Below are positions 9,766-19,876 of a stretch of DNA of 64,000 nt, piece after piece; position 1 is the stretch's first letter; every line of letters starts with the position of its first letter. Location of the stretch: positions 34,278 through 98,277 of the forward strand of contig CALWLT010000039.1 of the NCBI GenBank assembly GCA_944381615.1, given 5' to 3'. Position numbers and translations under genes: made by a program. This DNA is from an uncultured Lachnospiraceae bacterium (lineage in GTDB: Bacteria > Bacillota > Clostridia > Lachnospirales > Lachnospiraceae). The notes below the pieces were generated by a model. It did no database searches and was not told the DNA's origin. It saw only the letters and a program-made list of their open reading frames with translations.

Positions 9766-9818
9766 AAAAAAGCAGGCCGGGAACGCCTCCTGTTTAGGCG
9801 TTTCCGGCCTGCTTTTTT
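9766..9818. terminator. Bidirectional intrinsic terminator
   Basis: AAAAAAGCAGGCCGG...CCGGCCTGCTTTTTT between convergent genes. Confidence 0.9.
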
Positions 9819-9826
9819 ACATTTTT

Positions 9827-11005
9827 TTATAATTCCTGAAGCACCCAGAGGGCATAGTCCACATAGACGTTGCAGGACAGCAAAAGCCCGTCCTCATCCA
9901 TGTCAAACAGCCCGTGGTGATGGGCGTAGCCCGTGCCGGGCTTCTTTTCGCTGTGCGTGCCGAAAAAGGCGTACATCCCTTTAGCCGCCGCCAGATAGTC
10001 GGCAAAATCATCGGCGCCCAGCTCCTTTTCCCGGTCGGCAATGATGCAGTCCTTTGGCAGAAAGCGCCGGGTCACGGCCGTAACCTCGTCCACAACCTGC
10101 GCGTCGTTGATGAGCGGCGCGGCAAAATCCTGAAATTCCACCTCGGCCTCGGCGCCGTAGAGCGCCGCCGTCTCCCGGGCGATGCGGATGACGCGCTCGT
10201 TGGTAAAGCGCCGCACTTCGGGCGAAAAGCTGCGCGTCGTGCCCTCCAGCTCCGCGTGTTCGGCCACGATATTATACTGGCTTCCGGCGTGCAGAACGCC
10301 CACGCCCACGACGACCGTCTCCAGCGGATCGGTGTTGCGCGCCACGATGGACTGCAGCGCCACGACGATCTGCGCGGCCACGTACAGCGCGTCCACCCCC
10401 AGGTGCGGCTTGGACACATGCGCGCCCCGGCCGGTTACCCGGATTTTAAAATAATCGCAGCTGGCGTCCTGCGGCCCCTTGGTCAGGCAGATCGTGCCGC
10501 TCTCGTAGCCGCTGGCGGCATGCGCGCCGTAAACCCGATCCACGCCGTCCAGAAGCCCTTCCTTTACGAACAGGCGCGCGCCCTGGCCGATCTCCTCCGC
10601 CTGCTGAAAGAACAGGCGGATCTGGCCGGCAAATTCCTCCTGCCGGTTCTTGAGGATCTTGGCGGCCGTAAGGAGCGTGGCCGTATGGCCGTCATGGCCG
10701 CAGGCATGGCAGACGCCGGGATTCTGCGACCGGTAAGCGACCGTCTTCTGATCCTCCATCTCCAGCGCGTCCATATCCGCCCGCAGCGCAATCACGCGGC
10801 CTTCGCGGCCTTTCCCGCCGTCGATCCAGCCGTACACGCCGGTTTCGCCCACGCGCCGGTGGGGAATGCCGAAGCGATCCAGCTCCTCTTCAATCTTTTT
10901 GCAGGTCTCAAATTCCCGGAGGCTGGGTTCGGGATGGGCGTGAAAATAGCGCCGCATCCCGACCAGGTAATCCCGCTCCGCCTCCACATAATCTCTGAGC
11001 GGCAT
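9827..11005 (-). CDS. M20 family amidohydrolase (N-acyl-amino acid hydrolase-like)
   Basis: H.HPE.S..E, RADMDAL, HACGHDGH, QQAEE.G.GA, HHH near the C-terminus. Confidence 0.93.
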   Translation of the reverse strand: MPLRDYVEAERDYLVGMRRYFHAHPEPSLREFETCKKIEEELDRFGIPHRRVGETGVYGWIDGGKGREGRVIALRADMDALEMEDQKTVAYRSQNPGVCHACGHDGHTATLLTAAKILKNRQEEFAGQIRLFFQQAEEIGQGARLFVKEGLLDGVDRVYGAHAASGYESGTICLTKGPQDASCDYFKIRVTGRGAHVSKPHLGVDALYVAAQIVVALQSIVARNTDPLETVVVGVGVLHAGSQYNIVAEHAELEGTTRSFSPEVRRFTNERVIRIARETAALYGAEAEVEFQDFAAPLINDAQVVDEVTAVTRRFLPKDCIIADREKELGADDFADYLAAAKGMYAFFGTHSEKKPGTGYAHHHGLFDMDEDGLLLSCNVYVDYALWVLQEL

Positions 11006-11017
11006 AAACGTTCCCCC

Positions 11018-12028
11018 TTATTCGGCTTCCGTCTCGGCGGCCTCAGCGGCCTCCGTCTCAGCGGCCTCGGCAGCCTCTGTCTCGGCAGTTTCAGCAGCCT
11101 CATCCGCGTAAACGCCGGCTCCCTCCCAGGCGCAGAGGAACGCGCCCTTGTAGGAATCCAGGATCGTCTGCTCAACCTCCGGCGTATGGTAGGCGTCTAC
11201 CACCTTCTTGTATACTTCATTGTCCTGATCCGCCGTGCGGGCCACGATGACGTTGATCAGCTGCGGGATCGACTCGTTGGTCTCCGGATTGACGTCTTCC
11301 TGGAAAATGATGTCCGAGGTCGGATCCAGGCCGGCCGTATAGGCATTTCCGCCGTTGATGATCGCCGCCGTGCAGTCCGGAAGGATGTTGGCGAGCGTCG
11401 CGGACTCGGCCTCCTTAATCTCGATGTCAACGATGTAATTGGTAATGTCCGCCTTGGTCGGCGTAAAGCCCTTGGCCGGATCGCACTCGATGAAGCCGGC
11501 CTTTTCCAGGAGCTTCAGCGCGCGGCCGCCGTTGGTCAGATCGCTGGGGATATAAATCACATCGCCGTCCTTGATCTCGTCGATGGAGGAAATCTTGTCC
11601 TTGTTATTGTAGATGGCCAGCGGGGCGATGATGGTATCGCCGATGTCGATGATGTCGTAGCCGGCCTGGGCGATGTCGTTCTGTAAAAATGCCTTGTGCT
11701 GGAAGGCGTTCAGGTCGATCTCGCCGTCGTTTAACGCCCGGTTGGGAGCCGCGTAGTCCGTAAACTTAACCAGCTCCACCTGAATGTTGTCATCCTTTAA
11801 GAGCTCGTTGATGGTATCCCACTGATCGTTGTATTCGCCGACCACGCCGACCTTGACGATCGTCGGTTCGGCCGCCTCGCCGCCCTCAGCCGCTTCTTCG
11901 CCGGCCGCCTCCGGCGCGTTTTCTCCTTCTGCGGATTCCGTTCCCGAGCTGCATCCGAACAGGGTCAGGGCGCAGGTAAGCGCAAGCGCGGCCGCCGCTG
12001 TCTTCTTCCATTCCAGTCTTTTTTTCAT
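11018..12028 (-). CDS. metQ: Methionine ABC transporter substrate-binding lipoprotein (MetQ/NlpA)
   Basis: Lipobox LFGC; F.DY..PN.AL..GEIDLNAFQH..FL; acidic Ala/Glu/Thr repeat tail. Confidence 0.93.
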   Translation of the reverse strand: MKKRLEWKKTAAAALALTCALTLFGCSSGTESAEGENAPEAAGEEAAEGGEAAEPTIVKVGVVGEYNDQWDTINELLKDDNIQVELVKFTDYAAPNRALNDGEIDLNAFQHKAFLQNDIAQAGYDIIDIGDTIIAPLAIYNNKDKISSIDEIKDGDVIYIPSDLTNGGRALKLLEKAGFIECDPAKGFTPTKADITNYIVDIEIKEAESATLANILPDCTAAIINGGNAYTAGLDPTSDIIFQEDVNPETNESIPQLINVIVARTADQDNEVYKKVVDAYHTPEVEQTILDSYKGAFLCAWEGAGVYADEAAETAETEAAEAAETEAAEAAETEAE

Positions 12029-12124
12029 ACTTCTTCTCTCCTTTTCCTTTTTGATTTTAAATGGTGTCTATGGATACGGGAAACGGAGCGTCCCAAAGCG
12101 GTCTGCGCCGCCCGCCCGTATGCG

Positions 12125-12802
12125 TCAGTGGGTCGTCTTTTTTACGATCAGGTTGCCGATAAACTGGATGATGCTGATGATGATCAGGATGATGATGACG
12201 GTAATCCAGCTCATATCGGTATAGCGCATCTGATAGCCGTAGCGGATGGCAAAATCGCCCAGCCCGCCGGCCCCGATGGCGCCGGCCATGGCCGTGATGC
12301 CGATCAGGCTGACGAACGTGATCATCGTCACGCGGGTAATCCCGGGGATGCTCTCCCGCAGGTAGACGCCGAAAATAATCTCGGCCGGGCCAAACCCCAT
12401 GGCCTCGCTGGCCTCGATCAGGCCGTAGTCCAGATCGGCCAGCACCGATTCAATCTGGCGGGAGAAGAACGGGACCGTTCCCGCAATCAGCGCCACATAG
12501 GAACCGGTCACGCCGGATCCCGTGCCGACGATGGCCCGGCTGACCGGGATCAGAAGCACCATCAGGATGATAAACGGGATCGACCGGATCACGTCGATGG
12601 CCTTGTCAAGCGCCGTGTAAAGAACCAGGTTCTGCAAAATTCCGCCCTTTCTCGTCACAATCAGGAGGACGCCGAAAAACAGGCCCAGGAAAAAGGCGAT
12701 GGTTCCGGAGACAAACAGCATCTGCAGCGTCTGGCGCAGGCTGACTAAAAGCTCGCCCCCCAGGCGGTCCAGGTTGGGGAAAATCGAATACAGGATACTC
12801 AT
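12125..12802 (-). CDS. metI: Methionine ABC transporter permease
   Basis: RSIPFIILMV, LIEA.EAMG EAA loop, MAGAIGAGGLGDFAIRYGY. Confidence 0.95.
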   Translation of the reverse strand: MSILYSIFPNLDRLGGELLVSLRQTLQMLFVSGTIAFFLGLFFGVLLIVTRKGGILQNLVLYTALDKAIDVIRSIPFIILMVLLIPVSRAIVGTGSGVTGSYVALIAGTVPFFSRQIESVLADLDYGLIEASEAMGFGPAEIIFGVYLRESIPGITRVTMITFVSLIGITAMAGAIGAGGLGDFAIRYGYQMRYTDMSWITVIIILIIISIIQFIGNLIVKKTTH

Positions 12803-13830
12803 GACTGAATTACCTCCACTTCTACTCCCAGGGAGTCAATGTAATCGCGGGCCTTTTTCAGCTGTCCGGCGTCCCCGCTTAGCGTGACGACGAGCTTGCC
12901 GATGGGCTTGCCCTTCAGGAAATCAATGTTCCCGTAAATGATATTGGCCTGGATCCCGAACGCGTGCGAGAGGTAGGAGATCAGCGGTTCCCCGGCGTTG
13001 GGACCGGAGTAGGTAAGGAGCACCATCTGTTCCCCGGGCTTCAGCCTCGTCAGCTCGTTCTTCTCTTCGATCAGCTCGTGGATCTTGCGGATGTTGCTGG
13101 CCGTCTCGATGAAATCGCGGGTAATCGTCTCCTTCGGGTGGCTGAACACGTCCACCGTATCGCCGGATTCGACGACCGCCCCCTCCTCCATGATGGCCAC
13201 CCGGTCGCAGATGTCCTTGACGACCGCCATCTCGTGGGTAATCAGCACAATCGTAATGCCCAGCGTCTCATTGACCTGCTTTAACAGCCGCAGGATCGAC
13301 TGCGTCGTCTGCGGGTCGAGCGCGCTGGTCGCCTCGTCGCACAGAAGCACCTTGGGGTCATTGGCCAGCGCCCGGGCGATGGCCACCCGCTGCTTCTGCC
13401 CGCCGGACAGCTGCGACGGATAGGCGTCGCGCTTCTCCGTCAGGCCGACCAGCTCCAGAAGCGACTGGATCTTGGCGTCCCGCTCCTGGCGGGAAAGACC
13501 GGATTTCTTTAACGGGAAGTCGATGTTCTGGGCGACCGTGCGCGAGCGCAGCAGATTAAAATGCTGAAAAATCATGCCGATTTTCCGCCGCACCTCTCGC
13601 AGATGCTTTTCGTTAAGCGCCGTCAGCTCCTCTTCGCCGACGTACACCTTTCCCGACGTGGGGCGCTCCAGCAGATTGATGCAGCGCACCAGCGTGGATT
13701 TGCCCGCGCCGGAAAAGCCGATGATGCCGAAGACCTCCCCGTCCCTTATCTCAAGACTGACGTTTCGCACGGCCTGAACCTCCCCGGCCGCCGTGTGGAA
13801 CGTCTTGCACACCTGTTCCAGTCTGATCAT
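12799..13830 (-). CDS. metN: Methionine ABC transporter ATPase
   Basis: GFSGAGKST, LSGGQKQRVAIARAL, CDEATSALDP, C-terminal NIL domain. Confidence 0.96.
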   Translation of the reverse strand: MIRLEQVCKTFHTAAGEVQAVRNVSLEIRDGEVFGIIGFSGAGKSTLVRCINLLERPTSGKVYVGEEELTALNEKHLREVRRKIGMIFQHFNLLRSRTVAQNIDFPLKKSGLSRQERDAKIQSLLELVGLTEKRDAYPSQLSGGQKQRVAIARALANDPKVLLCDEATSALDPQTTQSILRLLKQVNETLGITIVLITHEMAVVKDICDRVAIMEEGAVVESGDTVDVFSHPKETITRDFIETASNIRKIHELIEEKNELTRLKPGEQMVLLTYSGPNAGEPLISYLSHAFGIQANIIYGNIDFLKGKPIGKLVVTLSGDAGQLKKARDYIDSLGVEVEVIQS

Positions 13831-13943
13831 GCAATTCTCCTTCCCCGCGCTTTTCGCGCGCAGCAAAACCGCCCGGCGGCGCGCGGCGGGATCGCCGCGC
13901 GGTTGGTCCGCCGCCTCCCGGCATGCGGTTTTCCTGAAATATG

Positions 13944-14244
13944 AAAATACTCCCGTCCCACGATCAGGACGGGAGCATGTGCTCACGTGTTACCACCTAA
14001 TTTTACCGGCCGCTCGCACGGCCAGCCTCTGCGGGTACGGCGTCTTGCGCGTATACCCTGTCGCTGTAACGGGCGCTCCCGTCGCGGCTTAAAGAAATCC
14101 TTCGCTCAGCCGCGCGACTCCGAGACCATCTTCACAGGAATCGTCCTGCTTCCCTCTCACCGTGCGGGAAACTCTCTGACAAGGCGTCCGCCTGCTACTC
14201 TTCTCTTCCGCGTCATTTTCCGACATTCAAGCATCTCTGTGCTT
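13944..14244 (-). ncRNA. T-box riboswitch with Met (AUG) specifier
   Basis: Minus strand shows Stem I with AGAGA and GGUGAG motifs, GAAGAUG specifier (AUG at 14129-14127), GCCCGUUA stem IIA/B element, T-box AAUUAGGUGGUAACACG (about 14002-13986), and terminator GCUCCCGUCC...GGGACGGGAGUAUUUU. Confidence 0.92.
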
Positions 14245-14250
14245 GCGATA

Positions 14251-14279
14251 ATCTTATTGCATTTTATTTCGTTTGTCAA
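14251..14279 (-). promoter_or_regulatory. SigA-type promoter of the T-box/met operon
   Basis: TTGACA-17 nt-TAAGAT. Confidence 0.8.
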
Positions 14280-14394
14280 GCAGAAATTGCCGCCGCTTCC
14301 GTTTCCCGCGGCTCTTGAACGCGGACGCCGCCTGTATTATAATCAGAGGAAAAGAAACGCCAAAAACCGGTTCAAAAAGGAGGAGGGAAACGGG

Positions 14395-15735
14395 ATGGAA
14401 CAGCTTTCCATGTTTGACGGTAAAAATGCGTGGTCCCCTCTGGCGTCGCGCGTGCGGCCGCAGACGCTTGCGGAATTTGTCGGGCAGACGCATCTTCTGG
14501 GGCCGGGCTGCGTCCTGCGCGGCCTGATCGAGCGGGATCAGATTACCTCCATGATTTTCTGGGGGCCGCCGGGCGTCGGGAAAACGACGCTGGCCCGCAT
14601 CATCGCCGGCCACACGCACGCGGAATTCATCGATTTTTCCGCCGTGACCAGCGGAATCAAAGAGATCCGGGCGGTCATGGAGCAGGCGGAGCAGAACCGG
14701 CGCATGGGCATGAAGACGATCCTGTTTATCGATGAGATTCACCGCTTTAATAAAGCGCAGCAGGACGCCTTTCTCCCCTATGTGGAGCGCGGAAGCATCA
14801 TCCTCATCGGCGCGACCACGGAGAATCCGTCCTTCGAGATCAATTCCGCGCTTCTGTCCCGCTGCCGCGTCTTTGTGCTGAAGGCGCTTTCGCAGGATGA
14901 GATCCAAAAACTTCTCTCCCACGTCCTCACGCACCCCGCCGGCTTCGGAGGCCAGACGATCCACATGACCAAACGGCAGCTGGAGGCCATCGCTTCCTTT
15001 GCAAACGGGGATGCGCGCACGGCGCTCAACACGCTGGAGATGGTCATCCTGAACGGGACGCTGGACCGCTCGGGCGCTGTGACGGTCACGGACGAGGCCC
15101 TTACGCAGTGCATTTCCCGCCGCTCCCTGCTCTACGACAAGAAGGGGGAGGAACATTACAACCTGATCTCCGCCCTGCACAAATCCATGCGCAACAGCGA
15201 CCCGGACGCGGCCGTCTACTGGCTGGCGCGGATGCTGGAGGCCGGCGAGGATCCGCTCTACATTGCCCGGCGGCTGATCCGCTTTGCCAGCGAGGACGTG
15301 GGACTGGCCGATGGCCGCGCGCTTTCGCTGGCCGTGAGCGCCTATCAGGCCTGTCATTTCATCGGAATGCCGGAGTGCAATGTCAATTTGAGCCAGACGG
15401 TCCTTTATCTCTCGCTGGCCCCCAAATCCAACTCCGCCTACGTCGCCTACGAGACGGCGAAGGAGGACGCGAAGGAGCGCCTGGCAGAACCGGTTCCGCT
15501 CCAGATCCGGAACGCCCCTACCGGGCTGATGCGCGAGCTGCACTATGGCGAGGGTTACGTCTACGCCCACGATACCAGTGAAAAAGTCGCCGCCATGGAC
15601 TGCCTTCCCGATTCGTTAAAGGACCGGATCTACTACCGGCCCGTCCGGCAGGGGGAGGAAACGGCGCTCTCCGATAAGCTCGAGGCGATCCGCCGCTGGA
15701 AAAAGGAACAGAAAAAGCCGGGAGAAGATTCCTGA
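14395..15735 (+). CDS. rarA: Replication-associated recombination protein A (RarA/MgsA AAA+ ATPase)
   Basis: PLA.R.RP, WGPPGVGKTTLA, FIDEIHRFNKAQQD, GATTENPSF, ISALHKSMRNSDPDAA, YGEGYVYAHD. Confidence 0.97.
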   Translation: MEQLSMFDGKNAWSPLASRVRPQTLAEFVGQTHLLGPGCVLRGLIERDQITSMIFWGPPGVGKTTLARIIAGHTHAEFIDFSAVTSGIKEIRAVMEQAEQNRRMGMKTILFIDEIHRFNKAQQDAFLPYVERGSIILIGATTENPSFEINSALLSRCRVFVLKALSQDEIQKLLSHVLTHPAGFGGQTIHMTKRQLEAIASFANGDARTALNTLEMVILNGTLDRSGAVTVTDEALTQCISRRSLLYDKKGEEHYNLISALHKSMRNSDPDAAVYWLARMLEAGEDPLYIARRLIRFASEDVGLADGRALSLAVSAYQACHFIGMPECNVNLSQTVLYLSLAPKSNSAYVAYETAKEDAKERLAEPVPLQIRNAPTGLMRELHYGEGYVYAHDTSEKVAAMDCLPDSLKDRIYYRPVRQGEETALSDKLEAIRRWKKEQKKPGEDS

Positions 15736-15774
15736 CAGAGAAACAGAAAAAGCCGGGAGAAGATTCCTGACAGA
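15707..15774. repeat. 33-bp direct repeat (period 35) spanning the rarA stop codon
   Basis: AACAGAAAAAGCCGGGAGAAGATTCCTGACAGA occurs at 15707-15739 and 15742-15774. Confidence 0.92.
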
Positions 15775-15831
15775 ACCGGGACAGAAGCCGCGGCAGGATC
15801 CGGCAGAAACGATGACAGAGCGGCATGCGCA

Positions 15832-15857
15832 GGGGCCGCAGAAGATTCTGCGGCCCC
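15832..15857. terminator. Hairpin between convergent rarA and rbr
   Basis: GGGGCCGCAGAA-GA-TTCTGCGGCCCC, a perfect 12-bp stem with a T-rich stretch downstream on the plus strand. Confidence 0.75.
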
Positions 15858-15888
15858 GTACGGTTTTCTTTATTTCTTCGGATGCGGA

Positions 15889-16422
15889 TCAGTAATTTTC
15901 CTTGCGTACTTCAAAGTAGCTCTGCGGATGGGCACAGACTGGGCAGACCTGAGGAGCCTTCTTGCCGATGACCAGATGACCGCAGTTTCTGCACTCCCAC
16001 ATGGTCTCCTCGCTCTTCTCGAACACGGCCTGCATCTCTACGTTATTCAGAAGCTTCAGATACCGCTCCTCGTGGCTCTTCTCGATGGCGGCGACTCCGC
16101 GGAACTTGGCGGCCAGCGCCGTAAAGCCCTCTTCCTCGGCGACCTTGGCAAAGCCGTCGTACATATCGGTCCACTCGTAGTTCTCGCCCTCTGCGGCGGC
16201 CTTCAGGTTCTCCGCCGTGGTGCCGATTCCCTTCAGTTCCTTGAACCACATCTTGGCATGCTCTTTCTCATTGTTGGCCGTCTGCTCAAAAATCGCGGCG
16301 ATCTGCTCATAGCCTTCCTTCTTGGCGACGCTGGCAAAATACGTGTATTTATTTCTCGCCTGAGATTCGCCGGCAAATGCGGTCCATAAATTCTGTTCGG
16401 TTCTGCTTCCCTTAAGCTCCAT
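15889..16422 (-). CDS. rbr: Rubrerythrin
   Basis: [23 protein letters not shown] diiron motifs, C-terminal WECRNCG...CPVCAHP rubredoxin domain. Confidence 0.98.
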   Translation of the reverse strand: MELKGSRTEQNLWTAFAGESQARNKYTYFASVAKKEGYEQIAAIFEQTANNEKEHAKMWFKELKGIGTTAENLKAAAEGENYEWTDMYDGFAKVAEEEGFTALAAKFRGVAAIEKSHEERYLKLLNNVEMQAVFEKSEETMWECRNCGHLVIGKKAPQVCPVCAHPQSYFEVRKENY

Positions 16423-16458
16423 CTTCACATCCTCCTTATGCGTGTACTGGATAAATAT

Positions 16459-16506
16459 AGGAATTATTCCTGTTTTCATGATAGACCACTTTCCCGGCTT
16501 TGTCAA
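16459..16506 (-). promoter_or_regulatory. rbr promoter with downstream palindromic operator
   Basis: TTGACA-17 nt-TATCAT, then AGGAAT-A-ATTCCT (16471-16459) just after the predicted start site. Confidence 0.7.
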
Positions 16507-16576
16507 GGACAAAACGCTTTCTTTCTGATTTTTTCTGCAAAAATCCTTGTGCCTGTTCTTTTTTTCTGTAAAAAAT

Positions 16577-18010
16577 CTACAGCATCTCTTCCAGAAGCCG
16601 GCGCACATGGCCCGGATCGGCTTTCTTGTCCATTTTGCGCATGACCTGCCCCATCAGGAACCCGAACGCCTTCGTTTTTCCCTCGCGGTACTGGGCCGCC
16701 GGGCCGGGATTTTCCTCTAAGGCCGCCCGGACGGCCTCCTCCAGGGCCGAATCGTCGCGTTCCGTCAGAAGGCCGTGTTCCGTTACGTAAGCCAGCGGAT
16801 CGGTATCGTCGTCGAACATGCGGGCAAACGCGAGGCGGGCCGTGTTCCGGTTGATGCGCCCGCTCTCCAGAAGGCCGATGAGAGCCGCCAGATGCTCTGG
16901 CGAAAAGGAAAGGCTGTCGGCCTCCCGCCCCCGTTCCTTCAAAAGACGCCCCGTCTCGCCGGTCAGCCAGTTTGCCGCCTTCTGCGGCAGGCCGCTGAGG
17001 CGCGCCGTCTCCTCAAACAGCTCCGCCAGCCGTCTGGATTCCGTCAGGATCCGGCTGTCCTCTGCAGAAAGCCCGTACTGCTCCTGATAGCGCTTCTGCT
17101 TTTCCGGCTGAAATTCCGGCAGCCGGGCGCGCACCCGGCTAATCCACTCCTCATCGATGAAAACCGGGGGCAGATCGGGATCCGGAAAATAGCGGTAGTC
17201 TTTCGCATCCTCTTTGGATCGCATGGAAAAGGAAGCTTCCTTGTTGTCGTCCCAGCGCCGCGTCTCCTGGACGACGCTTTTTCCCTCCCGCAGGCGCTCG
17301 ATCTGGCGGCGCCGCTCTCCCTCGATGGCGTGGGCGATGGCCTTAAACGAATTGAGGTTTTTCATTTCCGTGCGGGTGCCGAGGGATCGGCTTCCCGCCT
17401 CGCGCACGGAGAGGTTGACGTCCGCGCGCATGGATCCTTCCTGCAGCCGGCAGTCCGAGGCGCCCAGATAGCGGATCAGGAGGCGCAGCCGCTCCAGATA
17501 GGCGATGACTTCCTCCGCGTTTCGCAGATCCGGCTCGGAAACGATTTCGATCAGCGGCACGCCGCTCCGGTTATAATCGACCAGCGAGCAGTCGCTCCAT
17601 TCGTCATGGATCAGCTTTCCGGCGTCCTCCTCCATGTGAATTTCATGAATGCGGATCTGTTTTTCGCCCGCCGGCGTATCGATGGAGAGAGATCCGTTCC
17701 GGCAGATGGGAAGATAGAGCTGGGAAATCTGATAGTTCTGCGGGTTATCCGGATAAAAATAATTTTTCCGGTCGAAGCGGCAGACGCGGCCGATGTGACA
17801 GTGGGCGGCCAGCCCCACCGCCATGGCCAGCTCGACCACGCGCCGGTTTAACACTGGCAGCGCGCCCGGAAGGCCCGCGCAGACCGGGCAGACCTGCGTG
17901 TTGGGCGCCGCGCCGAAGGCCGTGGAGCAGCCGCAGAAAATTTTGCTTTTCGTGGCCAGCTCCACATGGACTTCCAGTCCGATGACCGTCTCGTATTCCG
18001 TTTCTCTCAT
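16577..18010 (-). CDS. gatB: Asp/Glu-tRNA amidotransferase subunit B
   Basis: [50 protein letters not shown], YqeY-like tail. Confidence 0.98.
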   Translation of the reverse strand: MRETEYETVIGLEVHVELATKSKIFCGCSTAFGAAPNTQVCPVCAGLPGALPVLNRRVVELAMAVGLAAHCHIGRVCRFDRKNYFYPDNPQNYQISQLYLPICRNGSLSIDTPAGEKQIRIHEIHMEEDAGKLIHDEWSDCSLVDYNRSGVPLIEIVSEPDLRNAEEVIAYLERLRLLIRYLGASDCRLQEGSMRADVNLSVREAGSRSLGTRTEMKNLNSFKAIAHAIEGERRRQIERLREGKSVVQETRRWDDNKEASFSMRSKEDAKDYRYFPDPDLPPVFIDEEWISRVRARLPEFQPEKQKRYQEQYGLSAEDSRILTESRRLAELFEETARLSGLPQKAANWLTGETGRLLKERGREADSLSFSPEHLAALIGLLESGRINRNTARLAFARMFDDDTDPLAYVTEHGLLTERDDSALEEAVRAALEENPGPAAQYREGKTKAFGFLMGQVMRKMDKKADPGHVRRLLEEML

Positions 18011-19491
18011 CGTGCCGCCTCCTTTTCTTTTTTGCCGCCGGGCATGGGAAAGGTTCCTCTTACCTGTTCGTACGCGCGCGCCGCGCCGAACAGCTTTGCC
18101 TCCTGGAACCGGTCCGCCATCAGCTGCACGCCGATGGGAAGGCCCTCCTTCGTTTTCCCGCAGGGAAGGCAGAGGCCGGGAAGGCCGGCCAGGTTGGCGG
18201 CCACCGTGTAGATATCGCCCAGATACATGCGCAGCGGATCGGAAAGGCTTTCTCCGAGGCGGGGCGCAGCCGCCGGCGCGGCGGGCCCCAGAACGAGATC
18301 GAACGAGCGAAACGCCTCGTCGAAGGCTTTCCGGATCTGCGCTTTTACCCGCAGCGCCTTCAGATAATAGGCGTCGTAATACCCAGAGCTTAACACGAAC
18401 GAGCCCAGCAGGATGCGCCGTTTTACTTCGCTGCCGAAGCCCTGCGAGCGGCTCTCCTTGTACATGCCGTGCAGCCCCTCATACCGCTCTGCCCGGAAGC
18501 CGTATTTGACTCCGTCGAAGCGGGCCAGGTTGGAGCTGGCTTCCGCGCACGCGATCACGTAGTAGGCCGGAATCGCATAGCGGACGAGGCCCAGAGAGAA
18601 AAAGCGCACCTGCGCGCCCTGCTCCTGCAGCGATTCGGCGGCCGCCAGGACAGCGTCCTTTACCTCCGGATCGAGCCCTTTTCCCAGATAGTCGTCGGGG
18701 ATGCCGATCCGAAGGCCCGCCGCAGACGCGGCGCAGGAGGTAAAAGAGCCGGGATCGGAACGCCGGACGCTGGTGCTGTCCTTCGGATCATAGCCGGCGA
18801 TCACGTCGAGGACGGCCGCGCAGTCGGCCGTGTCCCGCGCGACGGGGCCGATCTGGTCCAGAGAGGAACCGTAGGCGATCAGGCCATAGCGGGAAACCGT
18901 GCCGTAGGTCGGCTTGATCCCGGTCACGCCGCAGAAGGAGGCCGGCTGGCGGATGGAACCGCCGGTATCGGATCCCAGTGCGAAGAACGCTTCTCCCGCC
19001 GCCACGGCCGCGCAGGATCCGCCGGAGGATCCGCCGGGGACCCGGCTCTCGTCCCAGGGATTTTTCGTCGGGCCGAACCAGGAGGTTTCCGTCGTGCTCC
19101 CCATGGCAAATTCATCCATGTTCGTCTTTCCCAGAAGGAGGACGCCGGCTTTCTCCAGGCGCGCGGCGGCCGTCGCCTGATAAGGCGGCACAAACCCGGA
19201 CAGGATGCGCGAGCCGCAGGTCGTCGCCATCCCCTCCGTACAGATGTTATCCTTCACGGCGGCGGGAACGCCGGCCAGCGGCCCCGTAAGGCTCCCTTCG
19301 TCTATCGCCTTCTGGATGCGGTCCGCCCGGGCAAACAGCGCCGTCTCATCGGCCAGCGTTATATAGGCGTGAATTCTTGTTTCATTTTCATGAATCTGTT
19401 TCAGGACCGCTTCCAGTGCCTCGCGGACGGACAGCTCCCGCCCGCGGATGCGCCTCCCCAGCTCCAGCGCCGTCAGATCGGTTATTTTCAT
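18007..19491 (-). CDS. gatA: Asp/Glu-tRNA amidotransferase subunit A
   Basis: KDNI, GKTNMDEFAMGS, GGSSGGS, GSDTGGSIRQPA amidase signature. Confidence 0.98.
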   Translation of the reverse strand: MKITDLTALELGRRIRGRELSVREALEAVLKQIHENETRIHAYITLADETALFARADRIQKAIDEGSLTGPLAGVPAAVKDNICTEGMATTCGSRILSGFVPPYQATAAARLEKAGVLLLGKTNMDEFAMGSTTETSWFGPTKNPWDESRVPGGSSGGSCAAVAAGEAFFALGSDTGGSIRQPASFCGVTGIKPTYGTVSRYGLIAYGSSLDQIGPVARDTADCAAVLDVIAGYDPKDSTSVRRSDPGSFTSCAASAAGLRIGIPDDYLGKGLDPEVKDAVLAAAESLQEQGAQVRFFSLGLVRYAIPAYYVIACAEASSNLARFDGVKYGFRAERYEGLHGMYKESRSQGFGSEVKRRILLGSFVLSSGYYDAYYLKALRVKAQIRKAFDEAFRSFDLVLGPAAPAAAPRLGESLSDPLRMYLGDIYTVAANLAGLPGLCLPCGKTKEGLPIGVQLMADRFQEAKLFGAARAYEQVRGTFPMPGGKKEKEAAR

Positions 19492-19504
19492 GCGTCTTTC
19501 CCCC

Positions 19505-19798
19505 CTACTCCACCGTTTTCGGCACCTGATACTGGCCGTCCTGTTTCTGCGGTGCGTTCGCCAGCATGGCGGCGGCCTCGTTTCCGTTCGTAACCTCGTC
19601 CTCGCGGAACACATTGCCGTACGAAATTACTTCCAGCGCCGGTTCGGTGCCGGCGGTGTCCAGTTCATTCAGCTGATCGACAAAGTCCAGCATCCGTTCC
19701 ATCTCTTCCCGGACCGCATCCTTTTCTTCCTCCCGGATGCTCAGCTGAGCCAGGATCGCGACGGCCTCCATCATCTCGTCATCAATCTTTCCCGCCAT
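19505..19798 (-). CDS. gatC: Asp/Glu-tRNA amidotransferase subunit C
   Basis: LAQL, LNELDT.G.EP, N.FRED.V, NAP......VPK; upstream of gatA. Confidence 0.95.
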   Translation of the reverse strand: MAGKIDDEMMEAVAILAQLSIREEEKDAVREEMERMLDFVDQLNELDTAGTEPALEVISYGNVFREDEVTNGNEAAAMLANAPQKQDGQYQVPKTVE

Positions 19799-19876
19799 AT
19801 TCTGTCTCCTTTTTCTCCTCTTTTTCGGCGTTTCGCCGTCTTATGCAGGGACGGCTGTCCCGGACTCTGTTTCCTC

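Noticed and set aside
13987-14394. N-terminal extension of the rarA ORF (582 aa in the track)
   Set aside because: It overlaps the T-box leader on the other strand. The RBS-supported start is ATG 14395.
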